Source: an uncultured bacterium
Lineage (GTDB): Bacteria; Planctomycetota; UBA1135; GCA-002686595
NCBI GenBank assembly: GCA_943787795.1
Contig: CALSNU010000004.1
Location: forward strand, 224,001 to 288,000
Direction of reading: 5' to 3'
DNA: 64,000 nucleotides
The notes under the pieces were generated by a model that was not told the origin of the DNA, did not search any database, and worked only from the letters and a program-made list of their open reading frames with translations. Below are positions 55,088 to 63,874 of the stretch, in pieces. The translations under genes were made by a program, and so were the position numbers. Positions within the stretch are counted from its first letter, which is position 1, and each line of letters begins with the position of its first letter.

Positions 55088-55915
55088 ATGAGCGCCGAAG
55101 AGAAGGAGAGGCCGGGGGCCAAGGCGCTCTACGAGACGATCTTCGAGCACGAGACCCGCCCGGGCTTCGTCTTCGACGTGGTGCTGCTGGTCGTGATCCT
55201 CGCCAGCATCGGGCTGGTGATGATCGAGAGCGTGCCTCGCTACTCCGAGTCCCACGGGAGCCTGCTCCGGACCCTTGAGTGGACCCTCACCATTGCGTTC
55301 ACGGTGGAGTACCTGGTCCGCCTCTATTGCCATCCCCGACCAGCCGTCTACGCGCGGAGCTTCTTCGGGGTCGTCGATCTCCTCGCGATCCTCCCGACCT
55401 ACGTGGCCGCTTTCGTGCCTGGCACCCAGGCGCTCGTGGTCGTTCGAACGCTGCGGCTCCTGCGGATCTTCCGGGTCCTGAAGCTCGCCCAGTTCGTCCA
55501 TCAGGCCGACGATCTCCGCGCGGCCCTCCGGGCGAGCCTGCCGAAGATCACAGTCTTCGTCATCGCTGTCCTCTCGATGACGACGATCTCGGGCTCGCTT
55601 CTCTACCTGATCGAGGGCCCCGAGAACGGATTCGGGAACATCCCAGAGTCGGTCTACTGGGCCATCGTCACCTTGACGACCGTGGGCTACGGAGACATCG
55701 CGCCGGAGACGCCCCTGGGGAAGTTCTTCGCCTCCATCATCATGGTCCTTGGCTACGGCGTGATCGCGGTGCCAACCGGCATCGTCAGCGCCGAGATCGC
55801 GAGGACACCGCGGCGCGGTCCAGTCGGCGGGCAGGCGTGCTCGGAGTGCGGCTCGGAGCAGCACACCCTCGGGGCTCGGTTCTGCTGCGAGTGCGGCTCG
55901 AGCCTTGAAGAGTAA
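55088..55915 (+). CDS. Voltage-gated-type potassium channel with C-terminal zinc ribbon
   Basis: RTLRLLRIFRVLKL S4 segment, TTVGYGD filter, CSECG...FCCECG. Confidence 0.92.
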   Translation: MSAEEKERPGAKALYETIFEHETRPGFVFDVVLLVVILASIGLVMIESVPRYSESHGSLLRTLEWTLTIAFTVEYLVRLYCHPRPAVYARSFFGVVDLLAILPTYVAAFVPGTQALVVVRTLRLLRIFRVLKLAQFVHQADDLRAALRASLPKITVFVIAVLSMTTISGSLLYLIEGPENGFGNIPESVYWAIVTLTTVGYGDIAPETPLGKFFASIIMVLGYGVIAVPTGIVSAEIARTPRRGPVGGQACSECGSEQHTLGARFCCECGSSLEE

Positions 55916-56002
55916 AGGGCCCTTGGGGCTCGGGGGTCGCTGAGGGCCGGGGGGCCTCAAGGGCGAGCCAGCCTTGGCGAGCTCAAGAGCTCGAGCTCCC
56001 GG

Positions 56003-56611
56003 TCAGCCCAACCACGCCAGCAGCGCGGCCTGGGCCAGTCCGATCAGCGCGCCGAGCACACCGCCGAGGACCTCGATGGACCGCAGCTCCCTCGCGGCGA
56101 CCTCGATGATGAGCGCCTCGAGTCGGGCGATGGGAAACGAGGCCACCTTCTCCTCCACGATGCGGTGGACATCGAGCCCCTCGTCCAACGCCTCCTGAAA
56201 CCCCTCGACGAGGACCGCCCGCTGCTCCATCACGCCCTTCACCGCCTGGGCGCGCAGGTCCCCGACACGCTCCTCGGTGAGCAGCGCGCCCACCAGAGGC
56301 ATGCGCCGGAACTCGGCGAGCTTGGGCTCGAGACCAGCCGCGAACGCCTGCTCCACCATCGGCTCAAGGTCGATGGACTCGAGCACCCCCTCGAGATCCT
56401 CCGGCTGGAGAAGGTGGTCCCCCACCACGTTCCCGATGCTCCGGGCCAGCTCCGGCTGCCGCCGTCCCACGAGCCCCTGGAACGTGAGGCCGAGGAATCT
56501 CCGCGGCTCGATCGGCCGGAAGATCATGCCGACCGCGAGGCGGTTGGTGCCGTATCCAATCAACGCTCCCACCAGGGGCAGGAGGAACCAGGGTAGGAGT
56601 CCTTCGGGCAT
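56003..56611 (-). CDS. DUF445 family membrane protein
   Basis: GALIGYGTNRLAVGMIFRP, QGLV, ELRSIEVLGGVLGALIG. Confidence 0.88.
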   Translation of the reverse strand: MPEGLLPWFLLPLVGALIGYGTNRLAVGMIFRPIEPRRFLGLTFQGLVGRRQPELARSIGNVVGDHLLQPEDLEGVLESIDLEPMVEQAFAAGLEPKLAEFRRMPLVGALLTEERVGDLRAQAVKGVMEQRAVLVEGFQEALDEGLDVHRIVEEKVASFPIARLEALIIEVAARELRSIEVLGGVLGALIGLAQAALLAWLG

Positions 56612-56659
56612 GGCGCCCAGACTACTTGGACGGGGCCGCCTCAGTGATAGGATCCCTTC

Positions 56660-57433
56660 ATGGAGCCTCCCGACCCCGTCGCCTTCGTGTTCGGCGCCAC
56701 CGGCTATGTGGGCCAGGCGGTCGTGGAGGTCGCTGCGCGAACCGCGGACGTCGCCCGCGTCATTGCCCACGCTCGGCCGGACTCCCCACGCGCGGACGAA
56801 CTGACGGCGCTGGCGAGCGACCGGATCATGGTCGACCGCACCCCGCTCGAGGTCGGCTCGCTCAGCGCGACGCTGACGGCCTCCAACCCCAGCCACGTCT
56901 TCCTGTGCCACGGGACGACCGCTCACAGGGCGCGACAAGAGGGGATTCCAGCGCCCTACGAGGCCGTCGATCTCGGCCTGACGCAGCTCATCCTGGAAGC
57001 TGTTGACGCGATGGCAACGCCACCCCGGATCGTCTATCTCTCCGCGATCGGAGCCTCGCCTCGCGCTCGCGGCGCCTACCTGAGCGCCCGCTGGCGAGCC
57101 GAGGAGGCGGTGCGGGCGAGCGGGCTGCCGTTCACCATCTGCAGGGCCCCGCTCCTGGGCGGCCCGGACCGGACGGAGTCGAGACCCCTCGAGACGGTGG
57201 CGCGAACTGTCGCAGATCCGCTCCTCGCTGCCCTCGGCGCCGTTGGCCTCACGCGCCTCCGGGACCGGCTCTCCTCGATGGACGCCACCGAGGCCGCCGA
57301 GGGCATGGTCCGCAGCGCGTTCCACTACATGACCATCAATCGCGTGGTCGAGAGTGACGAACTCCGCCGGGTTGGGGTCTATGAGAGGGAGCGGTGGGCG
57401 CCCGAGTCTCGCCGCGATACCCCACGGCACTGA
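56660..57433 (+). CDS. NAD(P)-binding Rossmann protein (atypical SDR/epimerase)
   Basis: FGATGYVG, YLSAIGA, EEAVRASGLPFTICR. Confidence 0.85.
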   Translation: MEPPDPVAFVFGATGYVGQAVVEVAARTADVARVIAHARPDSPRADELTALASDRIMVDRTPLEVGSLSATLTASNPSHVFLCHGTTAHRARQEGIPAPYEAVDLGLTQLILEAVDAMATPPRIVYLSAIGASPRARGAYLSARWRAEEAVRASGLPFTICRAPLLGGPDRTESRPLETVARTVADPLLAALGAVGLTRLRDRLSSMDATEAAEGMVRSAFHYMTINRVVESDELRRVGVYERERWAPESRRDTPRH

Positions 57434-57480
57434 ATCCCACGGTGCTGGGCCCAACGGCCCTGAGCCGCCCTCCCCTCTCC

Positions 57481-58665
57481 ATGTCCCGCTTTCACCCGAC
57501 CCGCCCGCAAGTAGAGCCGGAGAGAGGCGCCCATACCCTGGACGTGGTCGAGGGCACCGTCGTCGGGGTGCACGGAACGGACGTGTTCGTCGAGCTCGGC
57601 CCGAGGAAGCAAGGGGTGATCTCCCTGGCGTCATTCGATGACCCGCCCAGGGTCGGGGAGGTCCATCAGTTCACCCTCCGCGGTCGCGAGGACGAGCTCT
57701 GGATGCTCAATCTCCACAACCAGCGGACCCTCTCGGAGTGGGAGGAGCTGGAGCCCGGGAGCCTCACCACGGCGAGGGTGCTCACCAAGACCCACGACGG
57801 CTTCCAGCTGAAGATCGGTCCGGTCTACGCCTACATGCCCTACTCGCTCTCCGGCGTGCGCAAGCCCCGGGACCGCGGTGCACTCCTGGGTCGCTCCATC
57901 GTCGTCGAGGTCCTCGAGGTGGACGCCGACAAGCAGCGTGCGATCGTGTCACGCAAGGCGGTCCTCAAGCTCCAGAAGGCCGGCGCCGCCCCGGGCGCCG
58001 TGGTCCCAGGACAGACCGTCCAGGGGCGGGTGACCCGGATCGAACCGTATGGGGTCTTCGTCCGCCTCGGGCGAGGGCGAGAGGGCCTGTGCCATATCAC
58101 CAACTTGTCCGCGGACAGGGTCGAGCACCCCGGGGATGTGGTCCGCATTGGCGAGGTCGTGGATGCCCGGGTCCTCTACGTCCGAGCCGGAGGGAGACGC
58201 ATCGGGCTCGGCTTCAAGCAGCTCCTCGAGAGCCCATGGGTTCGACTGGAACGGGAGCACTGGGAAGGGCAGATCGTCTCCGTGGGGATCGTACGGGTGG
58301 GGCGATTCGGCGCCGTCGCCAGGTTGTTCGCCGGCGCAGAGGGCATCCTGCCCATGTCGGAGTGCGGCGATCGTTGCCCCCCAGCAGGCCTCTCCATTGG
58401 AGACCAGCTCTCGGCCCGGGTCCTCGAGATCGACCCTGAAGAACAGCGCCTTGCATTCTCCCTCCTGCACGCCAATGGCCAGCCGATCGCTCCGGATGAA
58501 GCCGAGTGCATCGCCGACTTCGGCACCATCCGGAGCCTGCCGGCGCTGAAGGACCTCCTGCCGGAGGCCGGCGCCGCCAGCGAGCATGGCGGAGGCGCCT
58601 CGACGAACCTCGGCTCCGTGCTACGCAGGGCGCTCGACGGCAAGTCCGACGGGCACCGGGGCTAG
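57481..58665 (+). CDS. S1 RNA-binding repeat protein (RpsA-like, about 4 S1 domains)
   Basis: VFVELG..KQG, GQTVQGRVTRIEPYGVFVRLG...EGLCHITNLS, RIGLGFKQL, FGAVARL. Confidence 0.8.
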   Translation: MSRFHPTRPQVEPERGAHTLDVVEGTVVGVHGTDVFVELGPRKQGVISLASFDDPPRVGEVHQFTLRGREDELWMLNLHNQRTLSEWEELEPGSLTTARVLTKTHDGFQLKIGPVYAYMPYSLSGVRKPRDRGALLGRSIVVEVLEVDADKQRAIVSRKAVLKLQKAGAAPGAVVPGQTVQGRVTRIEPYGVFVRLGRGREGLCHITNLSADRVEHPGDVVRIGEVVDARVLYVRAGGRRIGLGFKQLLESPWVRLEREHWEGQIVSVGIVRVGRFGAVARLFAGAEGILPMSECGDRCPPAGLSIGDQLSARVLEIDPEEQRLAFSLLHANGQPIAPDEAECIADFGTIRSLPALKDLLPEAGAASEHGGGASTNLGSVLRRALDGKSDGHRG

Positions 58666-58942
58666 CCAGGCGCTGCACCTGCGCGTATTCCCGTAAGGCG
58701 CGGGCTAAACACGCGCCTGGAATCGGCCCCCGCAGCCCCTGGGAGAGCCTGGCGCCCACCTAGGAAATTGTTTCCGAGCCGCGGCGGCCCCGAGTCCCGC
58801 TGTTAGGCCCACATCGGATCGGTTCCTGCCCGACCTCGTCCCGATCACGGACGCGAGGCTCACGGGCCACAGTGTGAGGAACACGGATGCCGATGACGGA
58901 CTGGCCGCGGGGTTCCGCGGCATCCGGCAACACCACGCCTCC

Positions 58943-61900
58943 ATGCTGCCAATGAAACGCCGCCTCCTTCGAAACGCACCTGCACCCGCCGCCTCCAGGA
59001 GAGGCACCGCACTCTTTGCCGTCATCCCCATCGCGATCCTGATGATGTCCGTGATGGTGGCCTTCGTGGGCACCGCCGTCGAGACGAGCAAGAGCAGCAT
59101 CACCGATCTCGATACGTTCCGGGCTCGTGCAGCGGCCAAGAACACCGCCACGCTCGCGATTGCGGAGCTCTGGGCGGACTTCAACAAGTCGAGCGGCGAG
59201 GCCTCGGGGGTCGCCAGCTTCAAGACGTTCCTCGATCAACAAGGCATGGTCACGCCAGAGCTGTCTAGCTCAGAGCCGATCAAGCGGGACTTCAAGGAGA
59301 CGCTCGGACTGAAGAAGGACAAAGAGGGCTCTGAGGCGCTGCAGAACGTCACCATCGACCGCGCCGAGATGTTCCGGGTGGACACGGCCGAGGCCACGAG
59401 CATCGTGGTCGAGGTCGATGCGACAGCCAACCGCCGCCCGGGAGACAAGACCTCCAAGGAGCGCCACGGTTCCATACGCGAGACCTTCACCATCTCGAGC
59501 CCGTCTTCAGGCGGCGTCGACTTTGGCATTCTCGCGGAGGAGGCGTCCTGCCTCTTCTGCCACACGACCATCGACAGCGCAGAGCGCGTCTACAACTCCG
59601 ACAGCAGGCTCACAGGTAGCTTCGCCCCAGTCAAGGCGGGCTTCCTCGGCAACCTCGGACTCCGGACTGACGCCGCGAGCGAAGTCGCGGGGATGATCTT
59701 GTCGCGCGGATCCGTCCACGACGTCGCCGGTGGCGCGATCTCCGACTGGAGCGCTTACGACGTCGAGGCCCTCAGCGCCGGCGCGAACGGCGAGCTCGAG
59801 GTGATCCACGAGAACGCTCTCGGCGACCCGACCCTCGGGTCTCTTCGCCCGTTCAGCGAGGGAGTCTCCGACGCCAACCTCTACGCCGAGATCACGCCGG
59901 GGATGGCCAACGCACCGGAGATGCCCGAGGAAATCCCGGCGGTGATCGCCGATGACGGCGGGTTTGACTATGCCACGGGCGAAGCACGCCCGGAGTTTGG
60001 CGGTAACCGGCTGGTCGACGATACCGAGTTCGCCGTCAAGGCGGCCACCGCCAACGGGTCCCTCTCGGGAGGGAAGATCTCGGTCATCGGACAGGGCAGC
60101 ACGATCGCCACGCCGGCCGAGCAGGCTGCGATGCGAGCAGGGCTTGAGACCTCTCTCAGTGCCTCCACCGCCGGGCATGTCTATCTCCGAGGCACCGAGC
60201 AGGACCCGATCCTCCTGGACGGCTCCATCGCTATCGACGGAGACGTGATCATCAGCGGTGTCGTCAAGGGGACCGGCAACGTGACGGCGCGAGGCAACGT
60301 CTTCATCGCCTCCGACCTGACCTATGCCGACCAGCAGAGCGGCACCTCCCGATCATTCGGTCGCGCAGCCGATGGAACGGAGAACCTGCTGACGCTCGCT
60401 GCCGGGGGCAACATCGTCGTCGGCGATTACTTCCGATCCAACGATTCGACCGAGGACCAGCCCGGGATCTCTGGGGACTCCACAGGGGACTTCAATGCCA
60501 CCCTGCAGGAGATCTCGATCTTCAACCGCTCCGAGTGGTCGAAGACGCAGCCTCAGGTTCCTGGGCCGGCCTCCGAGTGGACCCAGATCGGCACCGAATC
60601 GGTGGAGTACCCCGAGGTGATCACCGAGACCTACTACGAGTGGGTCACGGACGACCAGTCCAGCGCCGAGATCCCGACCGATCAGCTGAACCGTACCGCC
60701 GATCCGCTTCAGACCCCCTTCGTGAAGGAAGCTCAGGCGGCATCGTTCACCACGAGCGCCAACTCGCCCCCGGGAGTCACGAAGAAGAAGAAGAAGAAGA
60801 AGTCGGCCAAGAGCAAGAAGTCCGGCAAGAGCAAGAAGTCCGGCAAGAGCAAGAAGTCCGACAAGAGCAAGAAGAGCAAGAAGTCAGGCAAGAGCAAGAA
60901 GTCCGCCAAGAGCAAAAAGTCCGGCAAGTCGAATAAGAGCGCCAAGGCTGCTGCTGAGAAGGCTGCCGCTGAGAAGGCTGCCGCTGAGAAGGCCGCCGCT
61001 GAGAAGGCTGCTGCTGAGAAAGCTGCTGCTGAGAAGGCCGCCGCTGAGAAGGCTGCTGCTGAGAAGGCCGCCGCTGAGAAGGCTGCTGCTGAGAAGGCTG
61101 CCGCTGAGAAGGCTGCTGCTGAGAAGGCTGCTGCTGAGAAGGCTGCTGCTGAGAAGGCTGCCGCTGAGAAGGCTGCCGCTGAGAAGGCTGCCGCTGAGAA
61201 GGCTGCGGCTGAGAAGGCCGCCGCTGAGAAGGCTGCCGCTGAGAAAGCTGCTGCTGAGAAGGCTGCTGCTGAGAGGGCTGCCGCTGAGAAAGCTGCGGCT
61301 GAGCGCGCTGCTGCTGAGCAACTTGCTGCCGAGAGGGCCGCTGCTGAGAAGGTCGCCTTCGAGAGAGCCCTGGAAGAAAAGGCGGCTGCAGCCAAGAAGT
61401 CTTCCAAGAGCGACAAGTCCGACAAGTCCGACAAGTCCGACAAGAGCAAGAAGAGCAAGAAGAGCAAGAAGAGCAAGAAGAGCGAAAAGTCCGAGAAGAG
61501 CGAAAAGTCCGAGAAGAGCGAAAAGTCCGAGAAGAGCAAGAAGAGCGGCAAGTCCGACAAGAGCGACAAGTCCGACAAGTCCGACAAGTCCGACAAGGTG
61601 ACGGGTCGCTGGGTCCAGCGAACTCGTGAAATCACGACGGGCCGAATGCTGACCCGAGAAGAGCCGGTCTTCGGATGGAGCAACCTCATCTCGAACCCTC
61701 GCTACGACGCGGCTTATCGGCCTCGCTACTACAACGTGGGCGACAGCCAGGCGATCCCGATCCACAACAAGGGAGGGCACTTCGACCCGGCTTCTGGTGC
61801 ATGGGTCGGCCTTCCTCCCAGCACCAACAGCTGGGACACGGATCTACTCACGATCGCAGATCCTTCCGATCCCACGGACACGATCCTGTTCGACTCCGAT

Positions 61901-62278
61901 GGGACGTCGATCGCAAGTACGCTGCCGATCAACCCGTCGAATTCCTGGATCACACCGGAGCTGCTCCGTGCGACCATCTTGGATGAGCTGGACCCGAAGC
62001 GATCCGAGCGCGATCAGACGTTCAAGATCGACGCCACCCTGCACACGACCAACTCGATCCTCGGCTTCGTGCCTGGCTACTCGCCGACGTACAACACGGA
62101 CTCCCGCTACACGGACGGGCGAATGAGGATCAACGGATCGATCATCGCCACGCACGTCGGCCTTCACGCCACCGAAGGTATGACGATCAACTACGACGGG
62201 CGAGCATCAAGGAGCATGAGCGTCGGCAGCGAGGGTATCCAGATCCGGCGGTACTTCAGCGCTCCCACGATTCGCTGA
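58943..62278 (+). CDS. Large PilX/prepilin-like surface protein with Lys/Ser-rich blocks and an (AAAEK)n repeat
   Basis: N-terminal RRG-TALFAVIPIAILMM type IV pilin-like leader and helix; CLFCH; GDVIISGVVKGTG..ARGNVFIA beta-rich region; repeats at 60782-61597. Confidence 0.7.
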   Translation: MLPMKRRLLRNAPAPAASRRGTALFAVIPIAILMMSVMVAFVGTAVETSKSSITDLDTFRARAAAKNTATLAIAELWADFNKSSGEASGVASFKTFLDQQGMVTPELSSSEPIKRDFKETLGLKKDKEGSEALQNVTIDRAEMFRVDTAEATSIVVEVDATANRRPGDKTSKERHGSIRETFTISSPSSGGVDFGILAEEASCLFCHTTIDSAERVYNSDSRLTGSFAPVKAGFLGNLGLRTDAASEVAGMILSRGSVHDVAGGAISDWSAYDVEALSAGANGELEVIHENALGDPTLGSLRPFSEGVSDANLYAEITPGMANAPEMPEEIPAVIADDGGFDYATGEARPEFGGNRLVDDTEFAVKAATANGSLSGGKISVIGQGSTIATPAEQAAMRAGLETSLSASTAGHVYLRGTEQDPILLDGSIAIDGDVIISGVVKGTGNVTARGNVFIASDLTYADQQSGTSRSFGRAADGTENLLTLAAGGNIVVGDYFRSNDSTEDQPGISGDSTGDFNATLQEISIFNRSEWSKTQPQVPGPASEWTQIGTESVEYPEVITETYYEWVTDDQSSAEIPTDQLNRTADPLQTPFVKEAQAASFTTSANSPPGVTKKKKKKKSAKSKKSGKSKKSGKSKKSDKSKKSKKSGKSKKSAKSKKSGKSNKSAKAAAEKAAAEKAAAEKAAAEKAAAEKAAAEKAAAEKAAAEKAAAEKAAAEKAAAEKAAAEKAAAEKAAAEKAAAEKAAAEKAAAEKAAAEKAAAEKAAAEKAAAEKAAAERAAAEKAAAERAAAEQLAAERAAAEKVAFERALEEKAAAAKKSSKSDKSDKSDKSDKSKKSKKSKKSKKSEKSEKSEKSEKSEKSEKSKKSGKSDKSDKSDKSDKSDKVTGRWVQRTREITTGRMLTREEPVFGWSNLISNPRYDAAYRPRYYNVGDSQAIPIHNKGGHFDPASGAWVGLPPSTNSWDTDLLTIADPSDPTDTILFDSDGTSIASTLPINPSNSWITPELLRATILDELDPKRSERDQTFKIDATLHTTNSILGFVPGYSPTYNTDSRYTDGRMRINGSIIATHVGLHATEGMTINYDGRASRSMSVGSEGIQIRRYFSAPTIR
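60782..61597 (+). repeat. Coding low-complexity array: K7-(KS-rich), 21 perfect AAAEK plus about 8 degenerate pentads, then KSD/KSK/KSE triplets
   Basis: 15-bp GCTGCYGCTGAGAAG units from 60947; 9-bp AAGAGCAAG/AAGTCCGAC units on either side. Confidence 0.95.
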
Positions 62279-62302
62279 CACGAATGGTCGGCTGATCCAA
62301 GC

Positions 62303-62341
62303 CAGGGGGCCCCGATCGCGACCAGCGATCGGGGCCCCCTG
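62303..62341. terminator. Hairpin between convergent genes
   Basis: CAGGGGGCCCCGATCGC-GACCA-GCGATCGGGGCCCCCTG. Confidence 0.8.
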
Positions 62342-62345
62342 CAGT

Positions 62346-62383
62346 TCCTGACCTCAACGCAGTCCGTCCTGACCTCAACGCAG
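62346..62383. repeat. 17-bp direct repeat (TCCTGACCTCAACGCAG x2) spanning a stop codon
   Basis: Copies at 62346 and 62367; the stop is at 62375-62377. Confidence 0.85.
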
Positions 62384-63874
62384 GGCCCGGACCCCTTCAC
62401 GCCCAAAGTAGGGCACGACAACACCCGATTCGAGGGTGAGGCTGAGGGGTCGATACTCCCGGTCAAAGCGCGGGTCGGCGACGATATCTGCCTCCCACGG
62501 GTTCACGTCCACGGCGCCCGTGGTGGGCTGAATGACCCCGTTCCCCAGGATCAGATAATCCGGCCTCTGGTCGAGGACCCAGCGACCGTCGTGCCTGTGG
62601 TGCCCCTTGACCCGGACTCTGCTGAGGTCCGGAGGAGCCGAGGCAAAGGCCCCGTGCGTCAGACCGAGGACATCAACGACCTCGAGCCCCGAGGCCCAGC
62701 CGAAGGCCCCGATCGGCGAGAGCGCGACGGTGCCGCTCTGCGGCGCGAGCTCGCCGAACGCCTCCCCCATCTGCAGCCAATGCTGCTCGAAGAACCGATG
62801 CTCCCCCACCGCCTGCGGACGTGCAGTCAAACCGCCGCAGGTGAACATGGTGGAGACGGCGACAGCCGCCGCAATCCTCGTTCGCCTGTCGCTCAACCCT
62901 GAGAGAGCCGCAGCCGCGCCGACAGCTCCCACTCCGACGAAGGGTACGAGGAACCTCGAGTACACCATCCAGTCCCCGCCCACAGCGAGGACCGCGATCA
63001 GCGCTGAGCCAGCGGCCAGCGAGAGCGCTCGAGCGTCCGGCGCTCCCCGCGGAACCAGGATCGCAATGAGGAGCATCAAGGCGAGCGCGCCCTCGCCGAG
63101 AGAGCGCAGGAGGTAGCGGGCTCCGTACTCGAGCTCGGCGCTGATCGGGAGCGCCTTGAGCCCGAGCGCGTGGGGCGTGAAGGCACCGAAGACCTGATAC
63201 CTCAGGCCTCCGAGGAGCAGCAAGGTCATGAGCGGTGCGGCAAGCCAACCGACCTCCGCCGGTCGCAGCGGCCGCGCCGGCCGCATCGTGAGGACACAGG
63301 CTGCCCAGGGGATCAGGGCCTCCGCGCGGAAGGAGCACGCCACCGCGAACGCCAGCCCTGGCACGACGGCGCTTCCCCCGCGGCCAAGAGCCCAACGGGA
63401 CCAGTGGTGGAAGCCCAGGGCGATCGCCGCCGCCAGAGGGACCGTTCCGAGGCCAGCCATGGTGTGCCAGGCGACCGCAGGGGACAGGGCTACCCACCAG
63501 GGCGCAAGCTCCGCCAGGACGCTGGAGTCCCGCGAGCGCGCCCAGCGACCGACGACCAGGACGAGCAGACCGAAGCTCAGGGCACCGACCAGGGGGGTCC
63601 AGATGGCGGGGGTTATCCCCACCAGGACGCCGAAGGCGACCACGAGGAACCACCCTGGGCTCGTCACACCGTCGACAGGCACCTCGCCGGGATTGAAGAC
63701 AGGTCCCAGCCCCTCAACCCAGTGGCTCGCGTAGCGATAGACAATGTAGTCATCATCCACCGGCCCAACACCCAGCAGCGTGAGCACGTGAAGGAGCGCC
63801 ACGAGCACGGGCGCCCACTCGCGCAACGCGAGGCGGACTCGTGGGGTCCCTTCAACGTCGACGTGATCATTCAT
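62375..63874 (-). CDS. Second AftB-like GT-C membrane glycosyltransferase
   Basis: DDDYIVYRYA...GPVFNPGE..DGVTSP, GGDWMVYSRF, VVDVLGL, KGHH; start may be 63934. Confidence 0.7.
   Translation of the reverse strand: MNDHVDVEGTPRVRLALREWAPVLVALLHVLTLLGVGPVDDDYIVYRYASHWVEGLGPVFNPGEVPVDGVTSPGWFLVVAFGVLVGITPAIWTPLVGALSFGLLVLVVGRWARSRDSSVLAELAPWWVALSPAVAWHTMAGLGTVPLAAAIALGFHHWSRWALGRGGSAVVPGLAFAVACSFRAEALIPWAACVLTMRPARPLRPAEVGWLAAPLMTLLLLGGLRYQVFGAFTPHALGLKALPISAELEYGARYLLRSLGEGALALMLLIAILVPRGAPDARALSLAAGSALIAVLAVGGDWMVYSRFLVPFVGVGAVGAAAALSGLSDRRTRIAAAVAVSTMFTCGGLTARPQAVGEHRFFEQHWLQMGEAFGELAPQSGTVALSPIGAFGWASGLEVVDVLGLTHGAFASAPPDLSRVRVKGHHRHDGRWVLDQRPDYLILGNGVIQPTTGAVDVNPWEADIVADPRFDREYRPLSLTLESGVVVPYFGREGVRALR

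Noticed and set aside
60733..61780. Minus-strand ORFs of (FSAAA)n and (SSLLS)n
   Set aside because: Antisense readings of the AAAEK and KS repeats; the plus frame is continuous with a globular protein.
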